Shown piece after piece: positions 37,521 to 51,200 of a stretch of DNA of 64,000 nt. Both the position numbers and the translations under genes were made by a program. Source of the DNA: Nymphaea colorata (Eukaryota); the NCBI RefSeq assembly GCF_008831285.2, contig NC_045138.2, positions 5,952,001 through 6,016,000 on the forward strand, in the 5' to 3' direction. How positions within the stretch are numbered: the stretch's first letter is position 1; the number at the start of each line of letters is the position of its first letter. The notes under the pieces are model-generated. The model did no database searches. It was not told where the DNA came from and saw nothing but the letters and a program-made list of their open reading frames with translations.

Positions 37521-37659
37521 TCAATATTCTCCATCTGCACATAGTGAGTTTTACCATTTTAGGTATTTGAATGTGTAGGACTGAATTTCTCTGACCAATT
37601 ATTTTCGGTTTTTATTAACGTTGAGAGTTGTTGTTGTTGCGGCCTTTTTTTATTTCTCC

Positions 37660-39315
37660 CTAGGTCTCTCTTTTTCTTTTGTCTCTCTATCTTCTATTTC
37701 TCCTTTAAAATTTCTCTCTTTTATATATTAATCTCAGTTTAACTCTCTTTGATTTCTCTGTTAAATTTTTTTTCTCTCTTTTATTAATTTCTCTCTCTCC
37801 TTGATTTTTATGAAACATTTTTTCTCTCTTTTATTAATCCCTCTCCTTGATTTTTTTTAAATCTATCTTTTCCTCTCTCTCTCTTCAATTTATTTTTTAA
37901 AATTTCTCTTTCTCTCTCTTTTGTTAACCTCTCTTTCTTTGTTTAGTTTTTCTCTCTAATTTCTCTTTTAAAATCTCTTTTTTTCCTCTCTTTTGTTGAT
38001 CTCTATCTCTCTATTTGGTTTCTCTTTTAATTTCTTTTCTCTTTTATTAATATCTTGCTGTCTCTCCCCATTTTCTCTCTTAAAATCTCTCTTCTTATCT
38101 CTTTTATTAATCTCTTTCTATTTAATTTTCCTCTTAAAATATTTCTTTTTCTCTCTTCTCTTAATCTCTCTTTTAAAATATCTTTCTCTCTCCTTTATCA
38201 ATCTTCATCTCTCTATCCTTTCAGTTTCTTTCTCTCTCTTAAAGTATTCTGTTCTCTTTTTTATTAATATCTTTCTCTCTTTTTTATTTCTTTCTTAAAA
38301 TATATTTTGTTGTCTCTTTTATTAATTTCTCTCTTTGATTTCTTTTTTAAAATATCTTATTTTTCTCTTTTATTAATCTTTCCCATCTCTCTGTCTCTTC
38401 CATTTCTCTCTTAAAATCTATGCTACTTACTCTTTTATTTTTAAACCAATGCTTTATCCACATTCTCTTCTTCATTCTCTTGATAATCACTTATTGTCCA
38501 TTTTATTAGTGTCTCAAAAGTGTAGTTTTCTTGAGAAAATACATCCTCAATAGGATTGAAATACAACAAGAGAATGAGAAGAGCCACTTTCATCAACTTC
38601 TTTTAAGTGACTATTCATCTTCATAGTTTGGGCTCATACTAAACGATGAGAAGGGCTTTCTCTTTAGAGTAGACTGTTCTTTGATTACTCTTGCTCTCTC
38701 CTTTATTTTTCACTTAAAGTTTCTCTTTGATTTTTTTAACCTTTTCCCCTCTTCATGTCTCTCTTAAAATGTCTCTTTCTATTTTTTATTAATGTCTCTA
38801 TCTCTCTCTCTTGAGTTTCTTTATTTCTCTATATTTAAATCTTTCTTTCTATCTCTCTCTCTCTCTCCCTCTTTGATTCATCTATTAAATTTTTTCTCTC
38901 TCTCTCTCTTTTGTATGCTCTCTCTCACACACTCTCTCCCTTTCTCTCTTTGATATCTTTCTTTGATTTTTTTTTAATTTTTTTTTGTTAATGTCTCTCT
39001 CAATCCTCTATTTTTCTATTAAAATATATCTTTTTTGTGCACACCACATAATGCTGGTGCATTCTTTTCAAACTCCATAGTGCTTCTGCTCTCTTATATA
39101 CCTTTAGGGACCGTTAGGCAATGAAAGCAACTTGTAACTATTCCTTGAATATGCTGAAAGAAATTAGAGCAGATTCAAGAAATACTTAAATTATCTATCA
39201 ACATGCTCCAAAGATCATGACATATCATGTAACAGTTACAAATTGGTCTCTTTGCAAAATAAGCACTTATGAACTGTTACATTTTTTTGTTTTTTCCAAC
39301 CTGAAGTTTTGTTGA
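37660..39315 (-). repeat. Pyrimidine-rich copy of the purine-rich element; direct duplicate of ~55600-57282
   Basis: Shared islands 38420-38700 / 56420-56700 and 39055-39312 / 57028-57282. Confidence 0.82.
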
Positions 39316-40099
39316 AGGTCAAGCTCTGCTCTCTCTCTTACATTATGGAACCTGAGGGTGGAGGCATTTTTTATGTTAAATTCATATTATTGACCTTTTT
39401 TCAGGCAAAAGTAAAGTAACCTGCAAAAATAAAATTGCCGTTGTTCACCTTGCCTTGTTTTCTATTTTTCTTTTTTATGATGAGGAACCTTCGAAGAAAG
39501 AAAACCTTATGAACCGTTCGATAACCTTGGATTTGGGATCACTGGGAATCATAGATTCGCAGATTTCCCTCCCATCTAGTCTTATATATGAGGTTTTAGT
39601 TGTAGGCCAACGATTTCAAGTCCTCTTTTCCATATGGTGGTAGAATATGGTATTTGTTTATGCAGTGCAACCCACATGAAAGGGATTGGCCTATTTTCAA
39701 AAAGTAATATCATTGGATATAAATACATGCACCTCGCCTCACTATTTAGGACCTAATCTCCATAAGCAAGTTAAGTTAACTCATGGAACATGCCCGAATA
39801 GCAGCCACCAGAACAGTTAGAGAGGTTGTTTGACAACAGTGACAATAATTTAAATTAGTTGCATTTATTGAATATTTTAAAAAGTATTTTATGAATCTAC
39901 GTAATTTTTTGGAGTAAAAATATAAAACAGTGTGAGAGAATAATACTACATCAAAGTACAAAAAAAAAAAGGAAAAAAACAAAATGAATCAACTATCAAG
40001 AACCTCACCTATGAATTAGGTAGCGATATCAACTAATGAACCTATCAAACCGCACCTATATGTTTAGCAGCTTGATAGTCTTCCAGTCGGGGTTACAGG

Positions 40100-40520
40100 C
40101 TTTAATAGAAAACCAATTCAATTCTTAAAACTAAAGGTTCTTGAAGCACCAAAACCTTGAAGTTGCGTTCCCACTTACTGCCCCATTCAAGTATTTCCTC
40201 CACTCCTTCAATGGTTCTTGAATCAACAAAGCACAAAAACCATTCAACGAGTTCACTCAATGGCTCTCTTGAACTCCAGCCAATGCCATCACCAAACCAG
40301 CCATCTCCTGGTCCTCTGCAATTCCTCTCAACCAAATTAAAGGTGAACACCGTCTTCCATTTTCCTTGCATGAATTTATAGACCTGAAACAGGCCCAAAT
40401 TCCTAACTACTTCTCATGATTCTTACTCCATTTGACATTCCAATAAGATTTTATACAAATCCTTCCAGAATGCTCTGATTAACCCTTTCACTATCTTCTC
40501 ATTCTCTCCATGCAAACTTA
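40100..40520 (-). mobile_element. Possible LINE ORF1 relic
   Basis: WFLCFVDSRTIEGVEEILEWGSKW loosely resembles the L1 ORF1 FLFxF..VLxxGPW pattern; weak. Confidence 0.3.
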
Positions 40521-41019
40521 TAACATTCTTGTTCTCCTACAAAATGCCAAAGATCCGTTTCCAATCAAGGTGAATGACATTTAGTTGTTGCAACACATAA
40601 CAAGCACTTTCCCAAAGTTACTTTCTATGCACAAATACAGCCAACAAACGAGTCGACAACCTTGCTTGAAGACCATTTGAGCTTCACGGACGTTACAGCA
40701 GCGGGCACAACTGCAAGTCCTGAGAAGGCAACGAAAAGGAGATATCATCCATCCACTGTTCATTTATTCCATTGGACAGCCAAGCATTAAACACCACAAA
40801 ATGCGTCCGCGCAACTGACGTGAGAAATCTGCAACATCTTGTGCAGGCAATTTAAATAACAAGAAAATTCTTCTAACAGATATACTACATAGATGCCAAT
40901 GCCGATGAGAAGAGGGTGCTGGTGTAGCATTTGTTAAAAAATTATATATATATATATATATAACCAAAACCACTTACTAAAACCAAACTCATTAAAATTA
41001 ATTAATTAAAATTTTCACT

Positions 41020-41852
41020 TTTGCAAGCTAACCTTACAGATACGATCGTAAGAGAAATTTGGTGAGAAACATATTATAAGTTAGTCATCTTTTTATTTAA
41101 ATAAAATTTTTAGTAATAAAAAAATGAATGGCTTAGATAACATTAAATTTTTGACATTAGATAGATCAATGTTTTTTACAAAATTAACTTTAACAAAGCA
41201 TGATTTATATTAATTTAGTGTTTATGACACACATCAGAAAATTCACATTTTGTTTCAAATAATTTTTTAGCACGAATTTAAGAGGTCAGGTTTTTATCCC
41301 TTACCTAATTGGTCTACCAATAATTTTATATATATATATATATATACCTCTGAACGCTGTTTTGGTTCAGCATTTATTAAAGGACATCAAATTTAGGCTG
41401 TCTGATCTAGAAGCAGACGGCCTAATTTTTGTTCATCTCTCTTTCTCCCTTTGCCTTCTCCTGTCTATTCTTCTTAGACGGGGCGGCATCTTCTTGGACG
41501 GGGAGCCACCGGGCAGCTCCCCCTATATATATATAACTGATTGGTAGATACCAAACTACTTGGGTAAAAGATAAAAATCAAACTTCTTAAATTCATGTTA
41601 AAAGTGTTTTAAACAAAATGTAAATCTTCTAATGTGTTTATAAACACTAATTTAATATAAATCATGCTTTAGTTCAAGTCATTTTTGTAAAAATAATTGA
41701 CCTTTATTTATTAAAATTTTGATGTTATAAAAGCCATTCATTTTTTTAACTATTAAAAAACATTGTTTAAATACTAAAAAGTGACTAAGTTAATATATGT
41801 TTCTCATCAAATCACTCCTAGAATCATATCGGTAATGTTAGATTGGGAAAAG
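41020..41852. mobile_element. Long-TIR (Mutator-like/fold-back) non-autonomous element with ~310-bp arms
   Basis: 41020-41325 is the reverse complement of 41535-41852, e.g. AAAGCATGATTTATATTAATTTAGTGTTTAT / ATAAACACTAATTTAATATAAATCATGCTTT. Confidence 0.8.
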
Positions 41853-43270
41853 GTCTCGTTTTTGTCCCTTACTTGAGCGGTCTGGTGTGTGTGTATGTGT
41901 GGAGAGAGAGCGGTTCTTTATAATTGTCTTGGTTCGGCGTTGTGTAGTCTATTCAATGACGGAAGAAAAATACGAGACGTCCTGGGAAGGTTGTATGACG
42001 CTTAGATAACAAGGGAGAAAGATCATAAGAGGGAACAATGTTGCTACAGCGTCAATGGAATACTATTATCGTTCGCAATATTAAACCATTAATCTTATGT
42101 TGTGTGCATCAACTTGATGTGCTTAAGTCTCTTGATCTCATCTTGAAAAGAAGAACCGAATAAAAAGGGCGACGCTGATGCCTGTTGGATTGTCATTTTA
42201 TTTTTCCAAATCCGTTCAAAACTTTCACATTCAAGAAAACGAGATGAGAAGGAATAATTATTTGGACACGTAACTCCAATGCAAGCAAAAATTCACTTTT
42301 CCTGATGGACGAATCAAATTCTTAATTTCGAAAGATAAAATAAGAAAAGAATAAAATGAAATTGACAATTAAAAACAATAAACATCATTTCGAAGAGAAT
42401 GAAACTTTAAAATGATATAAAACAAGATAAATTATATTTCAACAATTCAAAAGATAAGAGAGGGAGAGAAACGGTCAGGGTTGGCATTCTTTTGAATTTT
42501 AAGCAATGACATCAAAAGTTACTTTCAAAGTTCCAGTGTATATATATGCCTTGTGGATAGGAATATAAAACTATTATGTATATTATCTATCTACAAGATG
42601 CTTTATTATCAAGGTAGAATGAAATTCTTGTCCAAATCATCAGTTTACAAGTTTAAGAGCTTCACCTAGAAAGCAACTCTTTGATCATTTAAGTGAAAAT
42701 AAGATGTTTTTTTTTTTGGGTTTGATATGGCTACCTGTGGGCATTTTCCCACAGAAACCTAAAAAAAACATCTTAGTTTTCTATGCATGATGAAAGCTTT
42801 CTATGCATGAAATCAAGGAAGCCCACATGAAAGCAAATAGCTAAAAGGCTGGTAACAAAATAATCCACTAGCAATGAATCCACAAAAGATCTAAATGTAG
42901 CCATAGGATTAGGAGCCAAGTTGTAACAACTCTAGCTAAAGCCACTCTCAAAAATCAAGTAGTTGATCAACATACCGTGTCTACAGATGAAGACACTAGC
43001 TGCTCCTATGGAGACCTCGCACCACGATGTTTCACCTCCTAACAAATAAATAAATGAGAGAAAAAGACGACTAGGTCATAAGAGACGTTCTACGGGTTGG
43101 CAAGGCGATCATCCCATCCATTTTCATAATAAATAAGCATGTATTTGATGAGCTTCAAAAGTCGATTTCTGAACAGAACAAAGACACGACATCTAATAAA
43201 TAGTTTAACAGAAACAGCGTCCACAGAAAGAGGAGAAATTTTTTTCTATACACCCAGACAGACATATATA

Positions 43271-43528
43271 TTAACCACAACAGCCACCGTCACAGCCACC
43301 GCAGTCCCCATCACCACTTACACACCAGCAGATATCAAGTCCAACTTCACCACATCTGTCCGCTCGTGAACGCTTTGGCTTGCTGCCATCATCAGCGCAC
43401 GAAAAGATGATCGTGGATATCACAAAAAGTGCCACCACTGCCGCAAAACAAATGACCAAGAGACCACCAGCAGAGGCTTCAAACGGAGAATATGCTTCAG
43501 CTTCACCAAGGATTATTAACCTAGCCAT
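43271..43528 (-). CDS. Small single-pass membrane protein with IIFSCAD motif and Gly/Cys-rich C-terminus (85 aa; 107 aa if ATG 43594 is used)
   Basis: Uninterrupted, relatively GC-rich ORF; hydrophobic GLLVICFAAVVALFVISTIIF followed by SCADD and ..CGGCDGGCCG*. Resembles, from memory, an uncharacterised plant family. Confidence 0.7.
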   Translation of the reverse strand: MARLIILGEAEAYSPFEASAGGLLVICFAAVVALFVISTIIFSCADDGSKPKRSRADRCGEVGLDICWCVSGDGDCGGCDGGCCG

Positions 43529-44044
43529 GCCTGCTGCCTCGATCACCTTCTTCCTCTGCCCAGCTGCCTGCCTTTCCTGTTCCCTGCTGGCCATGACGCC
43601 AGTACATATCCAACTTGCTTGTGAGTAAGTATTGATGCTTCCTAGCAGCTTCTTGCGTGGAAGAAAAAATTTCTTTTCATCATTTAAGATTATCAATATA
43701 ATCTGAGGAAGAAAATGCGTCACCTTTCTTTTTCATCGTTGCCTCCTGGACCAGTATTGTTGATCTCTCCCATAGTTGCCATGCTAAGGTCGACGACATT
43801 CTAGTCATTCAATTTTATGGGGCATCTTGAAATTTAAATTTGAGTAGACATGATAGACAACGACAAGAGTCCGGCTTGGCTCAGCCGGACACCCGAAACT
43901 TGAGCATAGGTTCGGTTTGACATCTGAAACTTGCACTCTGACTCAGCCCTAGCTTGGTTATGTTAAATTAAAATTTAATTTTTAATTATAAAATATATAT
44001 TTTTGAATATAAAAATATATTTTTAATAATAATATATATTGTTA

Positions 44045-45422
44045 AAGAGACTTTAAGTGCAAAATCAAAGAGAGAGAGAGAAAGAGAGGAAATCACAAAG
44101 AAAGAGGGAGAGATTATTTAAAGAGTAGGATAAAGAGATTTTAAAAGAGAAATCAAAGAGCGATAGAGAGAAACAGACAAAGAAGACAGTAAAGAGATAT
44201 TTAAAAGATAGAGATAAATCAAAGAGAGACAGAGATATATATACATTAATAAAAGAAAGAGAAAAAGATATTTGCTTTAAAATTTGGATATTTTGATTTT
44301 TGATAAAAATTAAGATTACAAGTTTAAAAAATAATTTTAGAAATTTACATACTCGATCATTTTTTATGTGCAGAAGAGGAACTTGGGCTCAATAAAGAGC
44401 ATTCGGTAAGTGTCCTAAGCCTGCTTAGGGGTTTATTTTGGAACACTTTTGAAACTGATGTAAAGTTAGTAACATATACAATATGGATAATTCTCGTGCT
44501 CCATTCCTATCAAGAATGTGATTCTAAAGGAAAATCACTCTTTTGATCAGACAACAAATAAGGATATTTAATAGATGTTTATCAAGAAAATGAGGATAAA
44601 GAGCGGTTAAAGAAACAATTTAAAACCACGAGAGAAAAATAGAGATTTTAAAAGATAAATCGGAGAGAGGGGGAGAGAGAGAGAGATTAATAAAAAAGAG
44701 AACAAGAGACTTTAAGAGGGAAATCAAAGAGAGAGAACGAAGAAGAAGAGAGATTTGTGGAAGAGAGAAAAACAAATTAAAAAAAGAGAAAGAAAAAGAG
44801 ATTTTTAGTGAAAAAATTGAAGAGAGAGAGAGACGAACAGAGAGAAACACAAGAAAGAGAGAGAAAATGATTAATGAAAAGAGAGAAAAGGGGATTTTAG
44901 GAAAGAAATCAAAGAGAAAATGATTAATAAAAGAGTAAGAGAAAGAGAGAATTAATTTTATGGAGAAGTCGAAAAGTGAGAGAAAGAGAAAAAAATTGAA
45001 GAGAAGAAACCGTAAGATTAATAAAAGAGAGAGAAAAAGAGATTTTAGGAGAAAAATCAATGAGAGAGAGTTTTAAAAGAGAAAGAGTGAGTAAGAATAA
45101 AAAAAGAGAAAAAAAGACATTTTAAGATATTAATGTAAGAGAGGCAGATAAATAAAAGGAGAAATCAAAAAAGGGGAGAGAAGGGGATAAAGGGTGAGAA
45201 CTATTAACAAAGGAGAAAAAAAAGGTTCTGAGAGACTAATTGAAGAGAGGAAAAGAGATTTTAAAAAGGGATAAATAGAGGAGAGCGAAAAAGAGATTAG
45301 TAAGAGAAAGAGAGAGAGTGGGTGTTGGTGGTGTAAATATAGATTTTTGATACTCAAATATTTATAAAGATAATTATGCAAAAAAATATTGTAGCAAATT
45401 TTATTTTGAATTAAAATTTGTA

Positions 45423-45472
<50 letters not shown>
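44045..45472 (+). repeat. Purine-rich repeat element copy ending in (TA)n
   Basis: Same islands and 3' end as 15130-16920 and 34230-36030. Confidence 0.8.
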
Positions 45473-45474
<2 letters not shown>

Positions 45475-45839
45475 AGGTGGGGAGGCACCGTTGCGTCCAT
45501 GATGCGTCTCTGGCGATGCTTGTGTATTTTCGTCCATGTGGTCCGGTATTATAAACATGTACATTCAACAGATTGAAGAGAAACATCTTGCTGTTAGAGG
45601 AAAAAAGAAGGAGCAATTTATCGTACATGGAATTTCTTTTTTCACATTAAAACCACTTCCTGCCATGTTGTTTAGATTAAAGGGACTGAGAAAGCTGTTG
45701 CAACTACACCCTCTCTAAATTAAACGGACCGACTTTTTTTCAAAGAAGGGCAGCCGAAGACTACAAGTCAATGGTAATTGTGGGTAGCCTGCTCTTTATC
45801 ATTAGTTCTTGCTCTACCTGCTTTCCCTTCATTTAAAAA
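45473..45839 (+). promoter_or_regulatory. Third NLR upstream copy, 2.7 kb before NLR3
   Basis: Colinear with 16925-17255 (GCGTC..GATGCTTG, AGGGACTGAGAAAGC, GAAGACTACAAGTCAATGGTAATTG). Confidence 0.78.
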
Positions 45840-46395
45840 GAGGGAGGGAGAGATTAATAAAAGAAATAGAACAAGAGAGGAAAATCAAAGAGAGAGAAGA
45901 AAGAAGAAGAGAGATTGTGTGGAAGAGAGAGAAAGAAATTAATAGAAGAGCAAAAAAAAGAGATTTTCAGAGATATCCAAAATAGAGAAGGGAGAGATAT
46001 TAATAAAAAATGAGAAAGTATATTTTAAACGAGAAATCAAAGAGAGAGAGAGAGAGAGAAATCAAGGAGAGAAAGAGGGGTTAAGAAAGGAGAAAAGGAG
46101 ATATTTAAAAAGAAAAATAAAAAAGAGATGGAGAAAGCAGGAAAGTGACAGAGAAATTGAAGGTAGAGAGAGCAAAAGATTAGTAAAAAAGCGAGAAAAA
46201 GAGATTTTAAGAGATAAATCAAAGAGCAGAGAGGGAGAGAAAGAGAGAAACAGATTAATAACAGAGAGAGAACAAGAAATTTTAAGTGAGAAATGGAAGA
46301 GAGAGAGATGAAGAGAGAGAAACCTAAGAAAGAGAGAAAAAATAATAAAAATAGAGAAAAAGAGATTTTAAGGAAAAAATCAAAAAGAAAATTAT

Positions 46396-46432
<37 letters not shown>

Positions 46433-46913
46433 TCTTATAAAGAAGTGAAAAGTGAGAGAAATAAAAAAATGAAGAGAGAAAAGTGTAAGATTAATAAAAA
46501 TGAGAGAAAAAGAGATTTTAAGAGGGAAATCGATGAAAGAGAGAGAAAAAGAGTTTTAAAAGAGAGAGAGTGTGAGATTAATAAAAGAAAAAAAATGATA
46601 TTTTGAGATATTAATCTAAGAGAGGGAGATAAATAAAAGAGAGAAAAAAAAAGATTTTGATTTAGAAATAGAAGAAAGGTAGAGAGGGGCAAAGGAAGAA
46701 AACTATTAATAAAGGAGAAAAAAAAGATGTTCTAAGAGAGTAATTGAAGAGAGAGAAAGACATTTAAAAAAGATCAATAGAGAAGAGGGAAAAATAGATT
46801 AATAAGACAGAGAGAGTGTGTGTCCGTGTGTTAGTGGTGTAAAAATAGTATTCTAATTGTATCAAATATTTATAAAGATAATTATGCAAAAAATATTGTA
46901 GCAAATTTTATGT

Positions 46914-46985
<72 letters not shown>
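45840..46985 (+). repeat. Purine-rich repeat element, partial copy, followed by long (TA)n
   Basis: Same monomer and terminal motif; TA run ~46917-46985. Confidence 0.78.
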
Positions 46986-46988
<3 letters not shown>

Positions 46989-47719
46989 GTATGAGGTAGG
47001 GACCGTCGCTTCCCCTACCCGTCTCTGGCGCCGCTTGCCTATTTTTCTCTATGTGGTCGACATAATCAAATTTCACCAGCTCGACATTTTCCTTTCTAAG
47101 GCTTTTGCTCATTTCACCCATGGGTCTTCCTCCGCAGTCGACGAGCTCCCACTACTGCAATCGACGAGCTCCCATTTAGCAAAGGCCGTCGCCGCCGGGG
47201 AGGGTTGAAGGTGCAGCAGAGGCGTCCTCTCTCTCCAGCCACTCCTGGCACATCTCCTTGCCCAATTCATCAGTACCCAAGAGAGGAAAAGATGATGACG
47301 ACGATGATGTTGAGACGTCCCAAAAACGAAATCTCAGCGAGGACAACGACCACAAGCAGGAGGGGCATGAGATGCTTCTCCTCCGCCATGATTTTGACAG
47401 TCATGCCCCTCGATAATTGCTTTGGCCGAGTTTGCTCTCCCACCCATTTTCTCTGACCCAAAATCAAAACCACGAAGGGGTGATGAACAGGAAGAGGAAG
47501 CGAACGAGAAGACCAGAGAAAATTGAAGGCTCGCTCTCTCCAAAACCTGTCGCCTTAGTTCGAATTCTCGAGTTTCGTAAGTTGATCATATCTCTCTCTG
47601 CGCTACCTGTCCTCCCTTGCAACTCTCTCTTCCTCCCCTCCTCTCTCTCCATGGCCTTCTTAAAATTATTTCAGAAGGGCAAAAGCATTATTGTTGGGCT
47701 GCAAAGTTGGGTGTTCATT

Positions 47720-47912
47720 AGGATGTGTATGTGGCTTCTTCTCTGATCAATTTGTATGGGAAATGTGGGCTGCTTGGGACGTGGGACGTGCACAAAGTGT
47801 TTGATAAAATGTTTTGCAGAGATGTTGGCTATTGGAATTCCATGATTTCTGGGTTTTGTCAGAATGGCCTTGCTTCCGAGGCTGTTGTTGTCTTCGAACA
47901 GATGATCACAAG
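47720..47912 (+). pseudogene. PLS-class pentatricopeptide repeat gene fragment
   Basis: DVYVASSLINLYGKCG..HKVFDKM..RDVGYWNSMISGFCQNGLASEAVVVFEQM; about two motifs only. Confidence 0.85.
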
Positions 47913-48208
47913 GAACGAGCATCTGAAAGGAACGAAGGCATTCATTGTTGGGCATAAGGCTACAATATGAAGAAGAGCAGTTCAGGGGGAGGAGAGGAAG
48001 ATGACCAAATTGATTTTTACAACTAAAAATTTGCTGCTGTTTTATTTTCTGTGTACTCGGATACTGATATGGTGGTCAATCCAGTTCAGTATAATATGTT
48101 TTGTAATCTCTAAGATATGTTCCATAGCAATTTCATTCAATACTTAGTCATTCATTTTTGTATTCCATATGCTAGCCCTCTTTTCATCAATACTTGGGAA
48201 GAACATAC

Positions 48209-48292
48209 CTATATCACGCCGATCAACTGCCTTAGTGGTTGCAATAAAATCTATATCACACCGATCAACTGCTTTAGTGGTTGCAATAAAAT
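48209..48292. repeat. 42-bp tandem duplication
   Basis: CTATATCAC(G/A)CCGATCAACTGC(C/T)TTAGTGGTTGCAATAAAAT twice. Confidence 0.9.
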
Positions 48293-48589
48293 CATTGGGG
48301 GTGAGAAAAGAAAAAAAAAACAATATTTACCACATTAAATTGTTCTTGTGCATCAAATAGGGTTAAATTTACCACGTTAAATTCTTCCTGTGCATCAAAC
48401 AGGGCCTCAGATTGGAAGAAGGAGAAATTTCATCCTGTAAATTTTTCCAAAAAAATTTACCATAGTAAATTTACCACGTTAAATTTCACCCGACAATCAA
48501 ACGGGCCTTGTTGCTCTGCCTTTCTTTCCCTCCATCTAAAAATTGCTGCTCTTCCTCTGCTCTTCAATCTAGTGAGAAACAGGGAGGAG

Positions 48590-51200
48590 ATGGTGGGAGT
48601 AATAGGTGCTCTTGCAGAAACAGCTATTTCTAATCTGGTGGCCGCTGTCACCAATTTGTTGAATCATAAGGCAGATGTTGTCTTGCATGCCAACGATGAT
48701 CTAAAGAAGCTATAGAGGAAGCTGAAAATCTTCCAAAAGGCCATTAAAGATGCAGATCACAAGCCCTTTTTAAGTAACGAGTGTGACAGAGATCTAGAGA
48801 GAGATCTCAAGGATGTTCTTTATGATGCCAAGGACATCATCGAAGAAGATCGAATCAAAATTGAGGTCACCAAGAATGATAAGGGTTCTACTTCAACGAA
48901 CAAGGTACGCAAGTGGTTTGATGAACATGTTTCTTTTCCCTGTCAACTTGGCAACGAAATCAAAAAAATCAATGAAAGGGTTGATGAAATAGAAAAGGAT
49001 TGGGACATGGATCTGCTCAAACCAAATCCAAAGAGAATAACCAGGGCTCTATTGGTGGTGAAGATGGCAACTCTCGAGAGACAACCCATCACATAGGTGC
49101 ACAACCACCCATAGGAAGAGAGAATGATAAAAGGGTGATTGTAGAAAAACTCTAGTCAAATGGCTCAGGACAGAGTAGAATGACAGAGAAGCATGATGTT
49201 TCTATTATTTCTATTGTAGGAGAAGGCGGGATCGGCAAGACTACTTTTGCAAAAATGGTCTTTAGTGAAGTCAAACAACAGTTCAAGGAACGCAGGTGGT
49301 GGGTTTGCGTTTCTGAGAGGCCAAACCATAAGGATTTATTGAGGAAAATCCTGAAGGAAGTGTGCAAGGGATCTACTGCAGGTCTTGAGAGTATGATTTC
49401 TTTGAGTGACTTGTGCAAACAAATACAGAGTGAGCTCTGGAAGAAAAGATTTTTGTTGGTCTTAGATGATGTATGGGAACTAGATTGGTGGCAGGGAGGG
49501 GTAGAGAGCACTCTTATGGGAGGTGCAATGGGGAGCAAAATTTTGATCACTAGTCGAAATATAGATGTCTCCAAAGGGGTTGGAGCTTTATATATGCATA
49601 GATTGCCATTATTGCCAAAAGATGAGAGTTGGAATTTATTTTTGAAGAAGGCATTGAGGACCAAAAATGAATTGGTGAAACAAAAGTTGCAAGATATTGC
49701 AAAAAAAATAGTGAAGAAGTGCGGTGGGTTGCCACTTGAGGTCCAAACAGTTGGGTCCTTAATGCGAACAAAAAGCATGGAAAAAGCAGAGTGGAAGGTG
49801 GTTGCGGATAGTGAGATCTGGGATTGGAAGATGCCTGCCTCATCCTCTTCCTCTCAATATGATAGCATTCTTCCTGGCCTCATACTGAGCTATGATAACT
49901 TGCCGCCTTATTTAAGCAGTTGTTTCATTTATTGCTGCATTTTTCCAAAGGATCATGAGATCAAAAGGAAGCGATTGATCATGCAATGGGTGGCACATGG
50001 ATTGATTGAAGAAAAGGAAGACATAGATGTGGAAGTGACAGCAAAGCAATACATTGAAGATTTGATAAGGTGTTCCTTGATTGAAGAAACCGATGATAGA
50101 ACTTATGGGGGCTCTTGTCTCAAATTGCATGACGTTTTGCATGACCTTGCCTCGTATATAGGTGGAAAAGAATATAGGCATGCCTCTGCTACTGAAAAAA
50201 CACGCCATCTGTCATTACTTGGTGTAGACGATGCAGAAGCAGTCATGCAATGTAATGCTTCAGGAGCAGCAAATAAGGTGTGGATATTATTGAGTACATC
50301 CTTGTCTTCAGTGGAATTCACCAATTTCAAGCGGTTGAGGGTATTGTCATTGAGGAGATATCGAATGGATGAGCTACCAAACTCCAGTGAATGCCTTTCA
50401 CTTCTAAAATATCTTGATTTAAGCTGGTCTCATGTGAGATGGTTGCCCAGTTCAATCGGCAAACTCTGTAACTTGCAAACATTGGATTTAAGTCATGGTC
50501 AAATTAAAGAGTTGCCCGAGGAAATGGGCAAACTGTGCAACTTGGGGTATCTTGGGTTGGAAGAAACCTTGTTTTTGGAATTTATGGCAGAAGGCTTGGG
50601 GAAGCTTACCAATTTACGGACCTTGCATAAGTTTTTGGTATGCGATGACAAAATTGGAGTCATTGAACGGGTCTGAATGTGGCAGCCTAGAGCAAGTAGT
50701 AGATGCCTGCACTGAGGTCATTGAAGGTGGATGGATGTAATATGCAAAGACTCTTGCTAATATGCCGGCCTTGGAGTTGTTGAGGGTAAGATATTGTGGC
50801 AGCATAGAGCAAGTAGCAGAGATGCCTACACTCAGGTCACTGAAGGTGGTCAGATGTAAAATGCTGAAGGCTCTTGCTCGCTTGCCCAACCTCATTCTCT
50901 TGAGATTGGATGGGACGGCTTTGGAATTTAACGTTTCCACCCTCCCTCAAGATTCTGACATTGAAGGACAACAATACTGTAGATCTCAATTGGGCAAAGG
51001 CGCCTGATTGGGTGTGGGGTCTCTCCCAACTGGAGGAATTGTGCCTACGATGTTTCACTAAGGACATCAGCTTGGGAGGCCGCTGGCAATGCCTTCCAAA
51101 ACTGAAAGTTCTTCGGCTTTCTGACTTCCCCAATCTGAAGTCTCTGGTGGACGTCAATAATATTACTCCCCAACAAAATGAAACATGTCCCAACACTTAG
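48590..51200 (+). pseudogene. CC-NB-ARC-LRR pseudogene (NLR3), paralogue of NLR1
   Basis: ATG 48590 MVGVIGALAETAISNL; TAG 48713, frameshift ~49030, TAG 49153; NB-ARC motifs retained in ORF 49180-50676; deletion at ~50655 and frameshifts in the LRR; reading ends ..ETCPNT*. Confidence 0.94.

Noticed and set aside
37993..38298. Hydrophobic Leu/Phe/Ser-rich ORFs here and at 14987, 34103, 44620, 52455-56185
   Set aside because: Artefacts of CT-rich low-complexity repeats.
47000..47660. Cluster of short overlapping ORFs
   Set aside because: No recognisable domain; expected from locally higher GC.
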